The position numbers and the translations under genes are program-made. From Blastocatellia bacterium (GTDB lineage Bacteria > Acidobacteriota > Blastocatellia > UBA7656), in NCBI GenBank assembly GCA_963765495.1, contig CAVXWP010000002.1:64001-128000 (forward strand): a DNA stretch of 64,000 bases. Reading direction: 5' to 3'. Positions within the stretch are counted from its first letter, which is position 1. Each line of letters begins with the position of its first letter. Positions 19,521 through 29,482 of this stretch are shown one piece after another. The notes under the pieces are model-generated. The model was given only the letters and a program-made list of their open reading frames with translations. It did no database searches and was not told where the DNA came from.

Positions 19521-21701
19521 TTACGAGGCAAGGAAAGCTACCTCACCAGCCGCATCATTTAACAACTTTATGTATTCATCCGTATCATAACGCGAAGCAT
19601 TTTCTACACACTCCGCTCTCACTCTTGATGTTCTTGTCTTTGATCGCGCATCGCTGATTATGTAACCTACGCGCTCTCCCGGATGTACTTTGATTCCTGC
19701 TTCTCTCATCTGTCGCCCTGCTATAGCCGTTCGCGTCTCTGTCGTGTAATCGTCTAGCTCTTTCGTCAGCCTCCGCTTTACCAGCAATTTCTTTGGCTCT
19801 ACCTCGTCTCGCTTCAACTCGTCAATTCTTTTCTGTAGCAACTCCCTTGCTTGCTCCATCCTCTTCGCCCTTTCCTCGAGCGTTCGCGCTTTCGCCACGA
19901 TTGCCAGCATTTCTATCTGCACCTCTTTGATAAACTCAGGTGTATCCGATCTCCTACAGGCCAGCCCTCGCAGCTTCAGATTGCCGCCTGTAAATACCCC
20001 ATAATACCGGCACGCCACAGGACGGCTTCCTTTCTGCTTTGAAGACAGAAAGATTATCCACTTATAAATCCCTTCCAATGCCATCTCTACTCCGGTTGCT
20101 CGCGTGATCTCGTCGCATAATTCAAGCACATCCGTTTCGGTCAGAGACTCGCGCTCGATCCAGAGACTGTCGGTTAGCGCGTGTAATACGCTGAATCCTG
20201 CGCTTTCTGCAAGCTCTTTCGCCTGTAGCAGCTTCTCTCGCCCGAATGCCGTTGTCGCTTCGTGCGCCTCTATTCGACCAAAGCGGGCATTCTTATATCC
20301 GAGATAGCCAAAGCAGGATACAAGCATCCATTTGATGACCGCCTGCCTGGAATCATATTTCTCTCGCAGCCGATTATCTTTACACTCTCGCAGCATTCGC
20401 TTGTATTGCTTTCGACGCTCAAGCAGCGGTTCAAGTGTGAGCGGAATCAGCCCTCGCCGCCTCTCGCAGATGTTGTAGCCTGCTTCGGGCACGGTTCTGT
20501 TCTCACAGCAAGGGCAAAGCACGGTTTCCGGCGAGATGTTATGACGGACCATAATCGCCGGATACATGGAGGCAAAGTCTATCTCTGCTACATTCTCGAA
20601 AGCCCCAACCTTTTGCTGAAACGTAAGCCCGCCCTTATCTATCACAAGCAACTCAAGCGCCGTTTTGTAGCTCTCAGGCTCGCTCTTGTGCCAGGGCACA
20701 AGTATCCCTTCACCTGTAGCCCTGTCCATCTCCATAGAGGTCATCGCAGAGCCGGGACTTGTTCGCGCCATCCTCTGTACGGGAATCTTTGCGAGCCGCG
20801 CAAGCTCGATAAGTCCATCTAATCCCGTTTCGCCATAGAGAAATGAGTTTTGACCATCAATATGCCAGCGTCCGAATAGCGGATACGAAGGCCCTTTGTA
20901 GATTATCCTGCCATAGCTGAAATATGTACGCCCCTCCGTGACAATCTTTCGCTCAGTTACAACGCGGTCGCGGTCAAGCATCAAGTCAATCTTTTCTCGT
21001 TTGGCAATTTTCAGCAGGGCCGGAACGAGTAGCGTATCGCCTCGCTCGCTCAGGATCACATCGGGGTTGTATCGCTCTATCAGGCCATTGAATTCCTGCA
21101 CGGCTCGCGCGCCATCTTTAAGCCGAAGCGTTACTCGCTCGCCCGCATATTCAAGAATAATGCGGCTGTTGTAATTTGTGGGCCGCATCCTCTCGCCCCG
21201 CATCCTCAGCACCCGCAGACTGGGGAGCTTATAGCCGGTTTCCCACACCGAATCGGTGGCGGCGATCTTAAGGATGGTGCCCGCGCTATCCACTTCACAA
21301 GCAATGCGGCACAACGGAAAGAGTTGTCTCAGGTAGAGATAATATTGAGCCGTAGGTATGTCGCAATTGTAGAAGGTAATCTCTTGATCGAGCGAGGCCG
21401 CAAGACTTCTCAACTTCGGCAGCAGCGAAGAGTCGGCAATCTGCAATTCAAGCACTTCAATCAGGTTACCGCTCCAAAACTCTCGCCGCTCGGTCCATCT
21501 CACATTCAATACAATGCCGCGCCGATTCAACTCCCCGGCAAGCTGCCTCAGCCTCGCGCGCTCGCCTTGAACATAAACCGGCGGGTGAAACTCATCGGTG
21601 AGTCTTACAAGATTTCCGTCATCGGTATAGACCCATAAGGCGACCTGCGAGCCAAGCTCATCAAGATCGAATAGCCATCCTTCAAGCCGCCGATTCGCCA
21701 T
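19521..21701 (-). CDS. Family B DNA polymerase, PolB2 (archaeal B2-like) type
   Basis: Motif A EIDFASMYP...HNISPETVLCPCC; motif B KWMLVSCFGYLGY; motif C reduced to HALTDSLW; degenerate exonuclease region. Confidence 0.9.
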   Translation of the reverse strand: MANRRLEGWLFDLDELGSQVALWVYTDDGNLVRLTDEFHPPVYVQGERARLRQLAGELNRRGIVLNVRWTERREFWSGNLIEVLELQIADSSLLPKLRSLAASLDQEITFYNCDIPTAQYYLYLRQLFPLCRIACEVDSAGTILKIAATDSVWETGYKLPSLRVLRMRGERMRPTNYNSRIILEYAGERVTLRLKDGARAVQEFNGLIERYNPDVILSERGDTLLVPALLKIAKREKIDLMLDRDRVVTERKIVTEGRTYFSYGRIIYKGPSYPLFGRWHIDGQNSFLYGETGLDGLIELARLAKIPVQRMARTSPGSAMTSMEMDRATGEGILVPWHKSEPESYKTALELLVIDKGGLTFQQKVGAFENVAEIDFASMYPAIMVRHNISPETVLCPCCENRTVPEAGYNICERRRGLIPLTLEPLLERRKQYKRMLRECKDNRLREKYDSRQAVIKWMLVSCFGYLGYKNARFGRIEAHEATTAFGREKLLQAKELAESAGFSVLHALTDSLWIERESLTETDVLELCDEITRATGVEMALEGIYKWIIFLSSKQKGSRPVACRYYGVFTGGNLKLRGLACRRSDTPEFIKEVQIEMLAIVAKARTLEERAKRMEQARELLQKRIDELKRDEVEPKKLLVKRRLTKELDDYTTETRTAIAGRQMREAGIKVHPGERVGYIISDARSKTRTSRVRAECVENASRYDTDEYIKLLNDAAGEVAFLAS

Positions 21702-21984
21702 TGTTCCCCTTCAGAGACTTCAATTGCTCTTCAAGCTCATTTACTCTTGATTCCAGCTTTTCGATTGACTTCCAGCCTTCTATAAGTACTGAGATGAAGA
21801 AGGCTTCAGCCGGGTCGGGATTCGAATAATAAACAGCCGCCTGTATGTGCAATCGGGCTTGCTCGAATAACGCGTCTAACGCCTGCTGGTCTTCTTTACG
21901 CAAAGCGCGGCGAAACTTGTTGAGTTGTTGCTGCTGTTCGGCAAGCACCTGGCTAAATGGCAGAAGTGTGCGCCCCATACTCAA
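21682..21984 (-). CDS. Small helical PolB2-associated protein (arCOG07300-like)
   Basis: MGRTLLPF...FRRALRKEDQQALDALF..ARLH signature; overlaps the polB start. Confidence 0.8.
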   Translation of the reverse strand: MSMGRTLLPFSQVLAEQQQQLNKFRRALRKEDQQALDALFEQARLHIQAAVYYSNPDPAEAFFISVLIEGWKSIEKLESRVNELEEQLKSLKGNNGESAA

Positions 21985-22604
21985 CCTCCTATGATATGGT
22001 CTAAGGCCGCGAGGTAAGGAAGCGCCACGCGGCGACGGTTTTCGAGCGCAAATGTATGCTTGCTGCCCAGACGCAACACCACGTCAGACGCCCGGCAAAG
22101 GTCTGTCAAGAAATAGGTGCGGCGGGTGGCTTGTGGCATCTGGCTTTGAACCAGCACCAGCGTCATCCCGTCATTGACAAGCCCTACAATCTGCCAGAGA
22201 GCGCGATAGAACAGGCGCGCGGCGTCTACGACCGAAACATCTTCATCGAAAAAGGTAGAGCATGGCCCCGAAATCACAACCAGATCATTTTGCAGGTTAG
22301 ACTTGAGCCTGCCGACAAGCTCGACGAACTGATAAACAGTGAAAGCGCGAGCAATCAGGATTGATTGCAACGCGCTTTCCGGCCTCACTCCTTTCAACTT
22401 TGCAAAGAGCGACACAGCATAAGGATCGAATCGGTTATCTCCACAAATGAATCTTACCTGTCGTCTCTCACAAACAGCGCGAGCGATAACATAAGTAGCA
22501 AGCCCCTGAGCGCCATCGCCGCACAGCAACACGCTGCGAGCAGGAGCGAGCGAGGCAAAGGCTACAGTCTGGGCCATGCTGATGGAGAGAGTTCTTGAAA
22601 CCAT
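21981..22604 (-). CDS. Inactivated RecA/RadA-like ATPase (ImuA analogue)
   Basis: DNRFDPY, ILIARAFTVYQF; Walker A degenerate (CGDGAQGLAT). Confidence 0.78.
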   Translation of the reverse strand: MVSRTLSISMAQTVAFASLAPARSVLLCGDGAQGLATYVIARAVCERRQVRFICGDNRFDPYAVSLFAKLKGVRPESALQSILIARAFTVYQFVELVGRLKSNLQNDLVVISGPCSTFFDEDVSVVDAARLFYRALWQIVGLVNDGMTLVLVQSQMPQATRRTYFLTDLCRASDVVLRLGSKHTFALENRRRVALPYLAALDHIIGG

Positions 22605-22608
22605 AAGC

Positions 22609-23226
22609 TCAATCTCTGGACTTGTATCTGCGGAGTACGCCAATGACAACACCCTGAATATCCACCCGCTCAGAGGCATTGATAAAGATCGGTTTGTAAC
22701 GCGGATTTGCGGCTTCCAAACGAATACGACCCCGCTCCCTGTAGAATCGCTTTACGGTGGCATCTGTGCCGTCGATGAGAGCAACTACAGTCTGCCCGTT
22801 GTCGGCTGTCTGGCGAGATTCAACAATGATGAAATCCTCATCGAGAATACCTTCTCCAATCATAGAATCGCCTCGCACCCGCAGGGCGAAGGTGCGATTA
22901 TTCCCAAGCATAGTATGAGGAACACAGATAGACTCGCTGCTGAGAATAGCTTCAATAGGATGACCGGCGGCGATGACACCAAGTAAAGGTATCTCGCAGT
23001 CATTCTCGAATACAGGGGAGCCAATGATTTCAATGCCTCTACTGACATTGGGGGTGCGCCGTATAAACCCTTCTCGCTGTAAAGCGGAGAGCAGAGAGTG
23101 AACAGTGGCCGGAGAGCTAAGGCTGAACTGGTTGCGGATTTCAGCGATAGTAGGCGCATGGCCATGCGCCTGGATGAAGCGACAAAGATAATCAAACACC
23201 TGGTTCTGGCGCGGAGTAATGGTCAT
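22609..23226 (-). CDS. lexA: LexA repressor
   Basis: TPRQNQVFDY...PTIAEI wHTH; IAAGHP cleavage site; VRGDSM Ser; TVKRF Lys. Confidence 0.95.
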   Translation of the reverse strand: MTITPRQNQVFDYLCRFIQAHGHAPTIAEIRNQFSLSSPATVHSLLSALQREGFIRRTPNVSRGIEIIGSPVFENDCEIPLLGVIAAGHPIEAILSSESICVPHTMLGNNRTFALRVRGDSMIGEGILDEDFIIVESRQTADNGQTVVALIDGTDATVKRFYRERGRIRLEAANPRYKPIFINASERVDIQGVVIGVLRRYKSRD

Positions 23227-23240
23227 AATTCGTCTCCTGG

Positions 23241-23284
23241 CGAAAATCTACTATCCATGATCGAAAATAAACGAAAATTGTCAA
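23241..23284 (-). promoter_or_regulatory. lexA upstream region with three ATTTTCG direct repeats and TTGACA
   Basis: CGAAAAT at 23241, 23262, 23272; TGTCAA at 23279-23284. Confidence 0.55.
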
Positions 23285-23497
23285 GGGATAAAATACTTCC
23301 GACCATGCCCCACCATTTTTTAGAAAAGGAAGTAATCAGAAAGTGGTCAACCTCTTCCAGATCATCGAAAAGGTAATCACTCCTGATTTTATTCCGCGCA
23401 AGCTACTACTTGCCCTGATCCTTCGTAAGATTCATATCTCTATTGACGTCCTGATGCGGCTGTAGTATATGCTTTGCCCGTTTGTAGGAGAACAACC

Positions 23498-25183
23498 ATG
23501 ACATCCCCGGATACTCTCAAACCACCACAAGAGTCTACCTTCAAATGTGACTGTGAAGATTGGATGCGTTCTGCCTGTGAGGGTGAGCCTTTCTACAAAG
23601 AGCATGAAGGCAAGCAGTACTGTGTGCTTCACTCTCCAGAAAAAGAAAAGAGTGAGGCTTTCAATGAAGCCCTAAACAGAAAGCTTGAGAATAAAGACTT
23701 TGATTTTCGCGGTGTATGGTTCCCCGATGATGTGGACTTTAATGGATTTGAATTCAGCGCGTCGGCGGACTTCTTCTCTGCTAGATTCAGCGAGAAGGCC
23801 GACTTCCAATCTGCAAAATTTAGCGCGTGGGCGGATTTCCGAGCTGCAAAATTCAGCGAGAAGGCGGACTTCCGAGCTGCAAAATTCAGCGAGAAGGCCG
23901 ACTTCCAATCTACCACATTCAGCGCGTCGGCGAACTTCTTCTCTGCCAGATTCAGCGAGAAGGCCGACTTCCAATCTGCAAAATTTAGCGCGTGGGCGGA
24001 CTTCCGATCTGCCACATTCAGCAAGAAGGCCGACTTCTTCTCTGCCAGATTCAGCGAGAAGGCCGACTTCCAATCTGCAAAATTCAACGAGAAGGCCGAC
24101 TTCCGAGCTGTCACATTCAGCGCGTCGGCGGACTTCCGGTCTGCCACATTCAGCGGGAAAGCGATCTTTTACTCTGCCACATTCAGCGCGTCGGCATACT
24201 TCTCCTTAGCCACACTCAGTGGGGAGGTGGATTTCTACTCTGCCAAATTCAGCACGTCGGCGTACTTCTCTGTTGCAACATTCAGCGGGAAAGCGAATTT
24301 TCACTCTGCCAGATTCAGCGAGAAGGCCGACTTCCAATCTGCAAAATTCAGCGAGAAGGCCGACTTCTCCTTTGCCACATTCAGTGGGGAAACATCCTTC
24401 GCCTCTGCCGCATTTAGCGGGGATGCGTCCTTCTCCGAGGCTACGTTCAAAGATCAGGTCAGGTTTGTCGGGAATGACGGGAATCGGATTTTTAGTGAAG
24501 AGTCTACAGTTGATTTTCAAGTTAAACTCATTGAAAAGCCTGACCGAGTTTCTTTTCATACAGTGACTCTTTGCCCAACCTGGCTCATCAATGTAATAGA
24601 TGCGCCTAAGTTCGAGCTTACGAACGTGAAATGGGTTGAGGGTGTCACCAAACAAGAAATCAAAACGTTGAAATCCAGAAATGTTGAATCACCCCATCAA
24701 CTCCTTTCTATTGCTTATCGCAATCTTGCAGTCAACACCGAAGAGAATCACCACTATGATAGGGCATCAAGGTTTCGTTATAAGGCGATGGATGTGCTCA
24801 GATGTGAAAATTGTAGGGGCTTCGCTTTCTGGTCGTTGGGTTGGTGGTACTGGGTTTCAAGCGGTTACGGCGAAAAGATCATTAGAGCCTTTTTTTGGTT
24901 CTTAGTAATATGGTTGCTATTTGCCTGGCTCTACACAAAAGTAGATTTTGCTCACCCGAATCCACAGGCTTCAACTGCGAATCAGGCAGCAGCCGCAGAT
25001 GTAGGCGAACCACTCAAGTTACCACGCGCCCTCACTTACAGTTTTGCAGTGATGAGCTTACAGAAACCGGAGCCACGCCCGGCAACAAATACGACTCACG
25101 CTCTGGTAACACTAGAAACAGTTCTAGGCCCCTTGCAAGCTGCGTTGCTTGCCCTCGCTGTTCGTAGAAAGTTTATGCGATGA
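23498..25183 (+). CDS. Pentapeptide-type repeat protein with C-terminal TM region
   Basis: About 20 tandem 11-aa ADFxxAxFSxK units (33-bp DNA repeats); YCVLH N-terminus; WVSSGYGE and TM helices; own TTGACG-17-TATATG promoter. Confidence 0.88.
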   Translation: MTSPDTLKPPQESTFKCDCEDWMRSACEGEPFYKEHEGKQYCVLHSPEKEKSEAFNEALNRKLENKDFDFRGVWFPDDVDFNGFEFSASADFFSARFSEKADFQSAKFSAWADFRAAKFSEKADFRAAKFSEKADFQSTTFSASANFFSARFSEKADFQSAKFSAWADFRSATFSKKADFFSARFSEKADFQSAKFNEKADFRAVTFSASADFRSATFSGKAIFYSATFSASAYFSLATLSGEVDFYSAKFSTSAYFSVATFSGKANFHSARFSEKADFQSAKFSEKADFSFATFSGETSFASAAFSGDASFSEATFKDQVRFVGNDGNRIFSEESTVDFQVKLIEKPDRVSFHTVTLCPTWLINVIDAPKFELTNVKWVEGVTKQEIKTLKSRNVESPHQLLSIAYRNLAVNTEENHHYDRASRFRYKAMDVLRCENCRGFAFWSLGWWYWVSSGYGEKIIRAFFWFLVIWLLFAWLYTKVDFAHPNPQASTANQAAAADVGEPLKLPRALTYSFAVMSLQKPEPRPATNTTHALVTLETVLGPLQAALLALAVRRKFMR

Positions 25184-25239
25184 TTTATTTGCCCTCTCAT
25201 TCGTAGACCTCAAGCAATCATCGGAGTAGAATTAAGCTA

Positions 25240-25440
25240 ATGAATAACCAACCTCAATCGAAACTGACCTCTCAATGGGATTTGTTATGGCAGGATTTGC
25301 AGAAGATCACTCAAGGCTGGCCAGAAGAAGAGGCGCGATACTTTACGAAAGTTTTCACCTCTCAACCTGGAAGAATAGCCTTCACGATTTATCTCGTAAT
25401 TGTGCTGGCTTTCATATTTGCAGTTTTCAAAGCCCTATGA
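25240..25440 (+). CDS. Small C-terminally anchored membrane protein
   Basis: 66 aa with one C-terminal TM helix. Confidence 0.6.
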   Translation: MNNQPQSKLTSQWDLLWQDLQKITQGWPEEEARYFTKVFTSQPGRIAFTIYLVIVLAFIFAVFKAL

Positions 25441-26307
25441 ACCCAAGGGCTCCCAATTCCAGATCATAGGGAAGGTAATCACGCCAACCGCAGTGCCGCT
25501 CAAGCACCCACCCGGCCCGAGCCCCACATCATCAGCGCCGCTCACTATCTGGGCCATTGGGATGAGTTCAGTCCAGTCACTCTCATCGGTTGGATCGCTC
25601 GCCTTTGTCGAGTAATAGGTGTGAAAGATCGCCCCTCTCCTCTGCAACCTCACATAGCGCCCTGAATCGCCGCTCATGGTCTCGACCTGCGCCGCCGCAT
25701 CGTATTGATCAATTCTTGTGAACACAGCCGCGCCGTCATTTCTCACGCAGATGTAAACACCAAAACCTGATTCGAATCGAGCGCCGATGAATCCTCTGTA
25801 AGTCGGAGGCCCCGCAGGCACATCAACCGCCGCCCACACGTCGAAGTCTTTCATCACGCCCTGATAAAGCAACGAACCATCACCGGCCAGAACAGCAACA
25901 GGTGGCGCAATCTCCAACTCACCTTTCTTGTTCACCGAAAAGCCCGCTCCGCTCGCGGTCCAGAATGGATCGATCACCTCATGCTCGAAGTCATCAGGAA
26001 TGAACCAGGCGATCTCTCGACAGAGCGCAGTCTTTGTGTTGCTCTCCGGCGCGATCTGCACGACCTGGAGAACGCGCATTTCACCGACCGGACCCTTGAG
26101 AATATCGCCCACGATCACATCAGCGTTCGACGACACGCGCACGCCCATAGTGTAGGCTCTCGACCTCGCCCCGCGCGCCAGCACTTCGCTTATTCCGACT
26201 TCGCCGCGAAGTACCCGAACCCAGGCAGGCGAGATAGTAATCATCTCACTGCCGTAGCGAATGCGAGTAAACGAGGCGCGCGCCCAAGGCGTTTGTGTGC
26301 GTCTCAT
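25435..26307 (-). CDS. Putative virion protein, possibly head-closure-like N-terminus plus lectin/concanavalin-like C-terminus
   Basis: Last gene of head operon; YVRLQRRGAIFHTYYS...DWTEL resembles a ConA-like beta-sandwich end. Confidence 0.55.
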   Translation of the reverse strand: MRRTQTPWARASFTRIRYGSEMITISPAWVRVLRGEVGISEVLARGARSRAYTMGVRVSSNADVIVGDILKGPVGEMRVLQVVQIAPESNTKTALCREIAWFIPDDFEHEVIDPFWTASGAGFSVNKKGELEIAPPVAVLAGDGSLLYQGVMKDFDVWAAVDVPAGPPTYRGFIGARFESGFGVYICVRNDGAAVFTRIDQYDAAAQVETMSGDSGRYVRLQRRGAIFHTYYSTKASDPTDESDWTELIPMAQIVSGADDVGLGPGGCLSGTAVGVITFPMIWNWEPLGS

Positions 26308-26400
26308 AGTTCTACTTACTCAAGACACGAAGACCCGGCACGAGGAGATCAAGGCTTTGGCCCACGTCCTTGCGTCTCCCGCTCTCTGCGCCGGCAAACG

Positions 26401-27543
26401 CTATGGAATGCGCTTCACCTGGTCAGTGTCGCCTACAATCCCGGCATAGCGACCAAACCCTGCCAGGTCATCAGCATACTGCACCGGATCGAAACGACCG
26501 AACAGCGTCAGGTCCATTCGATAGCCGCCTTTGAGTTTTCCCTTGGGCAAGATCACATAGATGCCAGCCCCGTCGCCATCCACCGGAACATGAACGCTCA
26601 TCACTGGTCGGATGCGGAATTTCAAACGCTGCTTGCCTGCCGCCTGCTGAATCGCAAAGTCGGTGTTTGTTCTCAGCGCCCCATCAACCTCACCGGCCTT
26701 CTCAGGAGCGTACAGCACAACAAACTCACTGTTCGCGCTTGCGGAGTAGCCTTTCCCCTGAACTGCTCGCAGGATCGTAGCGCATGCGCCGTTGATCTTT
26801 GCGATCAGGTCAGCACCCTTATTGAAGTTGATCGTGTTGCCGAGACCGGTGATCAGCGAGTAGAAGGCTTTCGCCCGCTCGAAATAGTAGTCTTCTCGCA
26901 TCATGAAGAAGACATCCGAGATACTCATGTAATCCTGATCGTCCCAGTAAACGCGATCAATCGAGAGTCCCCCGCCGAACATATCGTATTCAACAGTGAC
27001 CTCAGACCCTCTGACCTGGCGCAGTTCAACCGGCTCACCCGGTAGCCGCTTCTTGAAAGTCACTCCGCTTGTGACATTCAGGATCTTGAAATAACTCTTG
27101 ATCAGTTGAGCCTCCGCCGTAGCTACGTCATGGATCATAAAGATTTGCTCGTAGCTTGTATCCATCTCACCAGGCGTTATCAAGAAGCGGTCTATATAGG
27201 CTCGGATATTTGCATCCGCAGGGAAGTCACCAAATGTTATCCCCTCTGTCACTCGTGCCCGCGCGCTGAATTCGTATAGCGAGGTCCTGAATTTTCGTCG
27301 TAGCTTCTCCGGAGCCCTCAAGAACTCTTGCAGGGCGACAACAGCGGCCACACGCCTGGCGGCCTCGCCGTTTCGCATTGCCTCAAGTACCCCTATCATG
27401 TCGAACTGCGACGGGTTCTGACGGCCATGCCCCTGCGCTCCCGGCTCAAACTCCCTTACTTGCGCGGCCCTCGCGTATAGGATCGCCTGATCTACCATTG
27501 ACGCGCCCTTAGGCCCACTCATCGGAATTAGATTCGTTCCCAC
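26401..27543 (-). CDS. Major capsid protein (HK97 fold, Mu gpT-like)
   Basis: ~380 aa; EVTVEYDMFGGGLSIDRVYWDDQDY pattern; follows protease and decoration genes; GGAGGT RBS with GTG. Confidence 0.78.
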   Translation of the reverse strand: MGTNLIPMSGPKGASMVDQAILYARAAQVREFEPGAQGHGRQNPSQFDMIGVLEAMRNGEAARRVAAVVALQEFLRAPEKLRRKFRTSLYEFSARARVTEGITFGDFPADANIRAYIDRFLITPGEMDTSYEQIFMIHDVATAEAQLIKSYFKILNVTSGVTFKKRLPGEPVELRQVRGSEVTVEYDMFGGGLSIDRVYWDDQDYMSISDVFFMMREDYYFERAKAFYSLITGLGNTINFNKGADLIAKINGACATILRAVQGKGYSASANSEFVVLYAPEKAGEVDGALRTNTDFAIQQAAGKQRLKFRIRPVMSVHVPVDGDGAGIYVILPKGKLKGGYRMDLTLFGRFDPVQYADDLAGFGRYAGIVGDTDQVKRIP

Positions 27544-27626
27544 ATTACACCTCCCAGGCATCGGCAGTGAGCCGATGCTTCTCAAATTTGGAAATCTCAA
27601 CCTCGAATTCTGATGGCCAAAGGCTG

Positions 27627-28016
27627 TCAGACCACATCGGGGCTGAACTCGATAAACAGAGTGTTGCCCTCCAGCACCCCGCCGCTCAGATCCTTTGCCT
27701 CAAGCACTCGACCGCACAGAGTATTGCCGCCGGCAGTCTTTGTGAACTTGCCAGCGCCGTTGTCCCAATAGACCTTATCGAACACGCCGAAGTTCTCAGC
27801 AGCGATGTTTGAATCATCGGCTGCGGCGGTCACCTCTGCGCGCTCGACTTTGTAGACATACAGATGGTCCGCGCCATCTGCGTAGCTGTCGAAGGGAAAG
27901 ACAACCTTGCCGCTCAGGAGCTGAGGCGTCCCCTTCACCTTCGCCCCGGCTTCGGCCATCTTCTTGACAGTGCAGTAGGTACCCACCGCCGATCTGATCT
28001 CGATTACATCATTCAC
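27627..28016 (-). CDS. Capsid decoration/cement protein (DUF2190-like)
   Basis: FGVFDKVYWDNGAGKFTKTAGGNTLCGRVLEA. Confidence 0.75.
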   Translation of the reverse strand: MNDVIEIRSAVGTYCTVKKMAEAGAKVKGTPQLLSGKVVFPFDSYADGADHLYVYKVERAEVTAAADDSNIAAENFGVFDKVYWDNGAGKFTKTAGGNTLCGRVLEAKDLSGGVLEGNTLFIEFSPDVV

Positions 28017-28064
28017 GCCTCACCTCCAACTTGTCAGTAAATAGACACCTTTGAATTAGGCCGA

Positions 28065-28901
28065 TTAATCAGCAGGTAAGAATTCGTTAAACTTCGGATC
28101 AGTCAGACTCACCGCAGTGCCCTCCCCTTCCGGCTTCTTCTCAGTCGGAGCAGGTACTTTCTCCTCTGGCGGCTTGGGCGGTTCTTGCTTGCCAAAGATA
28201 TCTTCAGCATTCAGCCCCGCCTCTTTCACCTGCTCGATCAGTTCCTCCCTTGTCGGCTTCGCCGCTGGCGGAGGCTCCGGCTTCTTCTCAGGTGGCGGCT
28301 CGTCATCCGGGGGAGGGCAGAACTCAGACAGTGCCATCACCCGCGCGCCTGCAAACCCCGGCGTTTGCTTCGAGGTATGGCCGAGCACTACGCCAGTGGC
28401 ACGCTCCACATCCTCGACGATCATTCGCCCGGCCTGCTCGCTCACAACCACATCAGCCTCAATCGAGCAGCAGTCACGCTCTCCCTTGCGGATCGCTTCG
28501 CGCAAATCCGTCTGGTCGGCGTAGATATAGCCCACAGCTAAAGCCGACAGCACCCCGCTCAACTCCTGCCCTCGACTATGAAGGACCTCACCAACCGCAA
28601 CCCGGCTATCTTCGCTTCCATGCCAGTTGATGATCCCGTCATAGATGCGAGCAGGAACCCTACCGGCAGGATCGAAGGCATGCACCAGCGCGCGCACAAC
28701 TCGCTTGCCCCACTCTTTGACACGAGCGCCCAACCCCGACAGACTCCCGCTCGATGTGCCTTCGTGTCCGATGGTCATCTGCACAAAGAAAGGCGACTCA
28801 TCGGTCGCCACAATCTGCTGATACTGATGCGGGCCGATCAGCGCCTGCACGTCTGCCGCCGCCAGCTCTTTCACGCTTGCTCGAAGAAATACTCTCTTCA
28901 A
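28065..28901 (-). CDS. Prohead protease/scaffold
   Basis: WHG, VGEVL, CSIEA, TPGFAGARV; Pro/Glu/Lys-rich tail; position upstream of capsid genes. Confidence 0.7.
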   Translation of the reverse strand: MKRVFLRASVKELAAADVQALIGPHQYQQIVATDESPFFVQMTIGHEGTSSGSLSGLGARVKEWGKRVVRALVHAFDPAGRVPARIYDGIINWHGSEDSRVAVGEVLHSRGQELSGVLSALAVGYIYADQTDLREAIRKGERDCCSIEADVVVSEQAGRMIVEDVERATGVVLGHTSKQTPGFAGARVMALSEFCPPPDDEPPPEKKPEPPPAAKPTREELIEQVKEAGLNAEDIFGKQEPPKPPEEKVPAPTEKKPEGEGTAVSLTDPKFNEFLPAD

Positions 28902-28912
28902 ATCACACCTCC

Positions 28913-29464
28913 TTATGGATAGACACGGATCTCAATCGGTGTGTTAGACAGGAAATCGTCTCCCCCTGTACTCCCATCAAGAGCCAGGGTCACAAGACTT
29001 ACCTCGTTTGGAGAGTTTGGCGTTATTGAGATGAACCCGGCGGCATTTTGAACGTCTTGAGCATAAGCCACCGCAAACACCTTCTCCGCAGGAAAGGCCC
29101 CTGCGAGCGTGCCGGTATACGTCCCTACACCATCGCGAGTCCAAACAACTGTCTCGCCCAGACTGTTCTCAAACACCGTGGCAGTCGGCGCGCTTGTCCC
29201 ACTTTGCGAAAGTAACGCCACATATTTCTTGTATGCAGCTACTGGCGTATAAGTCACCGAGCCAACCGAGTTTGCGAGTGACCCGTTAGGAAACTTCAAC
29301 TGTCTGGCATTGAACACATCAGGCGAGCCATCAACCTCAGTGACACGAAGCCCTGAACCTTTCGCCCCAACCGACATCACCGGGCTTGAGCCAGTGTCAC
29401 AGATGACGCCAACAGAAAGCAGCAGCACAGCCATCACGGCAAGCAAAGCGAAAACCTTTTTCAA
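28913..29464 (-). CDS. Phage structural or surface protein with signal-like N-terminus
   Basis: YVALLSQSGTSAPTATVFENSLG..WTRDGVGTY; in head operon. Confidence 0.6.
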   Translation of the reverse strand: MKKVFALLAVMAVLLLSVGVICDTGSSPVMSVGAKGSGLRVTEVDGSPDVFNARQLKFPNGSLANSVGSVTYTPVAAYKKYVALLSQSGTSAPTATVFENSLGETVVWTRDGVGTYTGTLAGAFPAEKVFAVAYAQDVQNAAGFISITPNSPNEVSLVTLALDGSTGGDDFLSNTPIEIRVYP

Positions 29465-29482
29465 ATCGCACCTCCCCTCTCA

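Noticed and set aside
19521-21701. Pipolin or casposon-type self-replicating PolB
   Set aside because: Motifs and partner genes fit PolB2; Cas1 is a standard I-E protein within the cas operon
23750-24450. Diversity-generating retroelement TR/VR pair
   Set aside because: No reverse transcriptase in the window; repeats are tandem coding units
23629-24655. Repetitive alternative-frame ORFs
   Set aside because: Shadows of the 33-bp repeats in the pentapeptide gene
25981-27045. 354-aa plus-strand ORF and other long antisense ORFs (56689-57378, 60085-61029)
   Set aside because: Antisense shadows of well-supported genes
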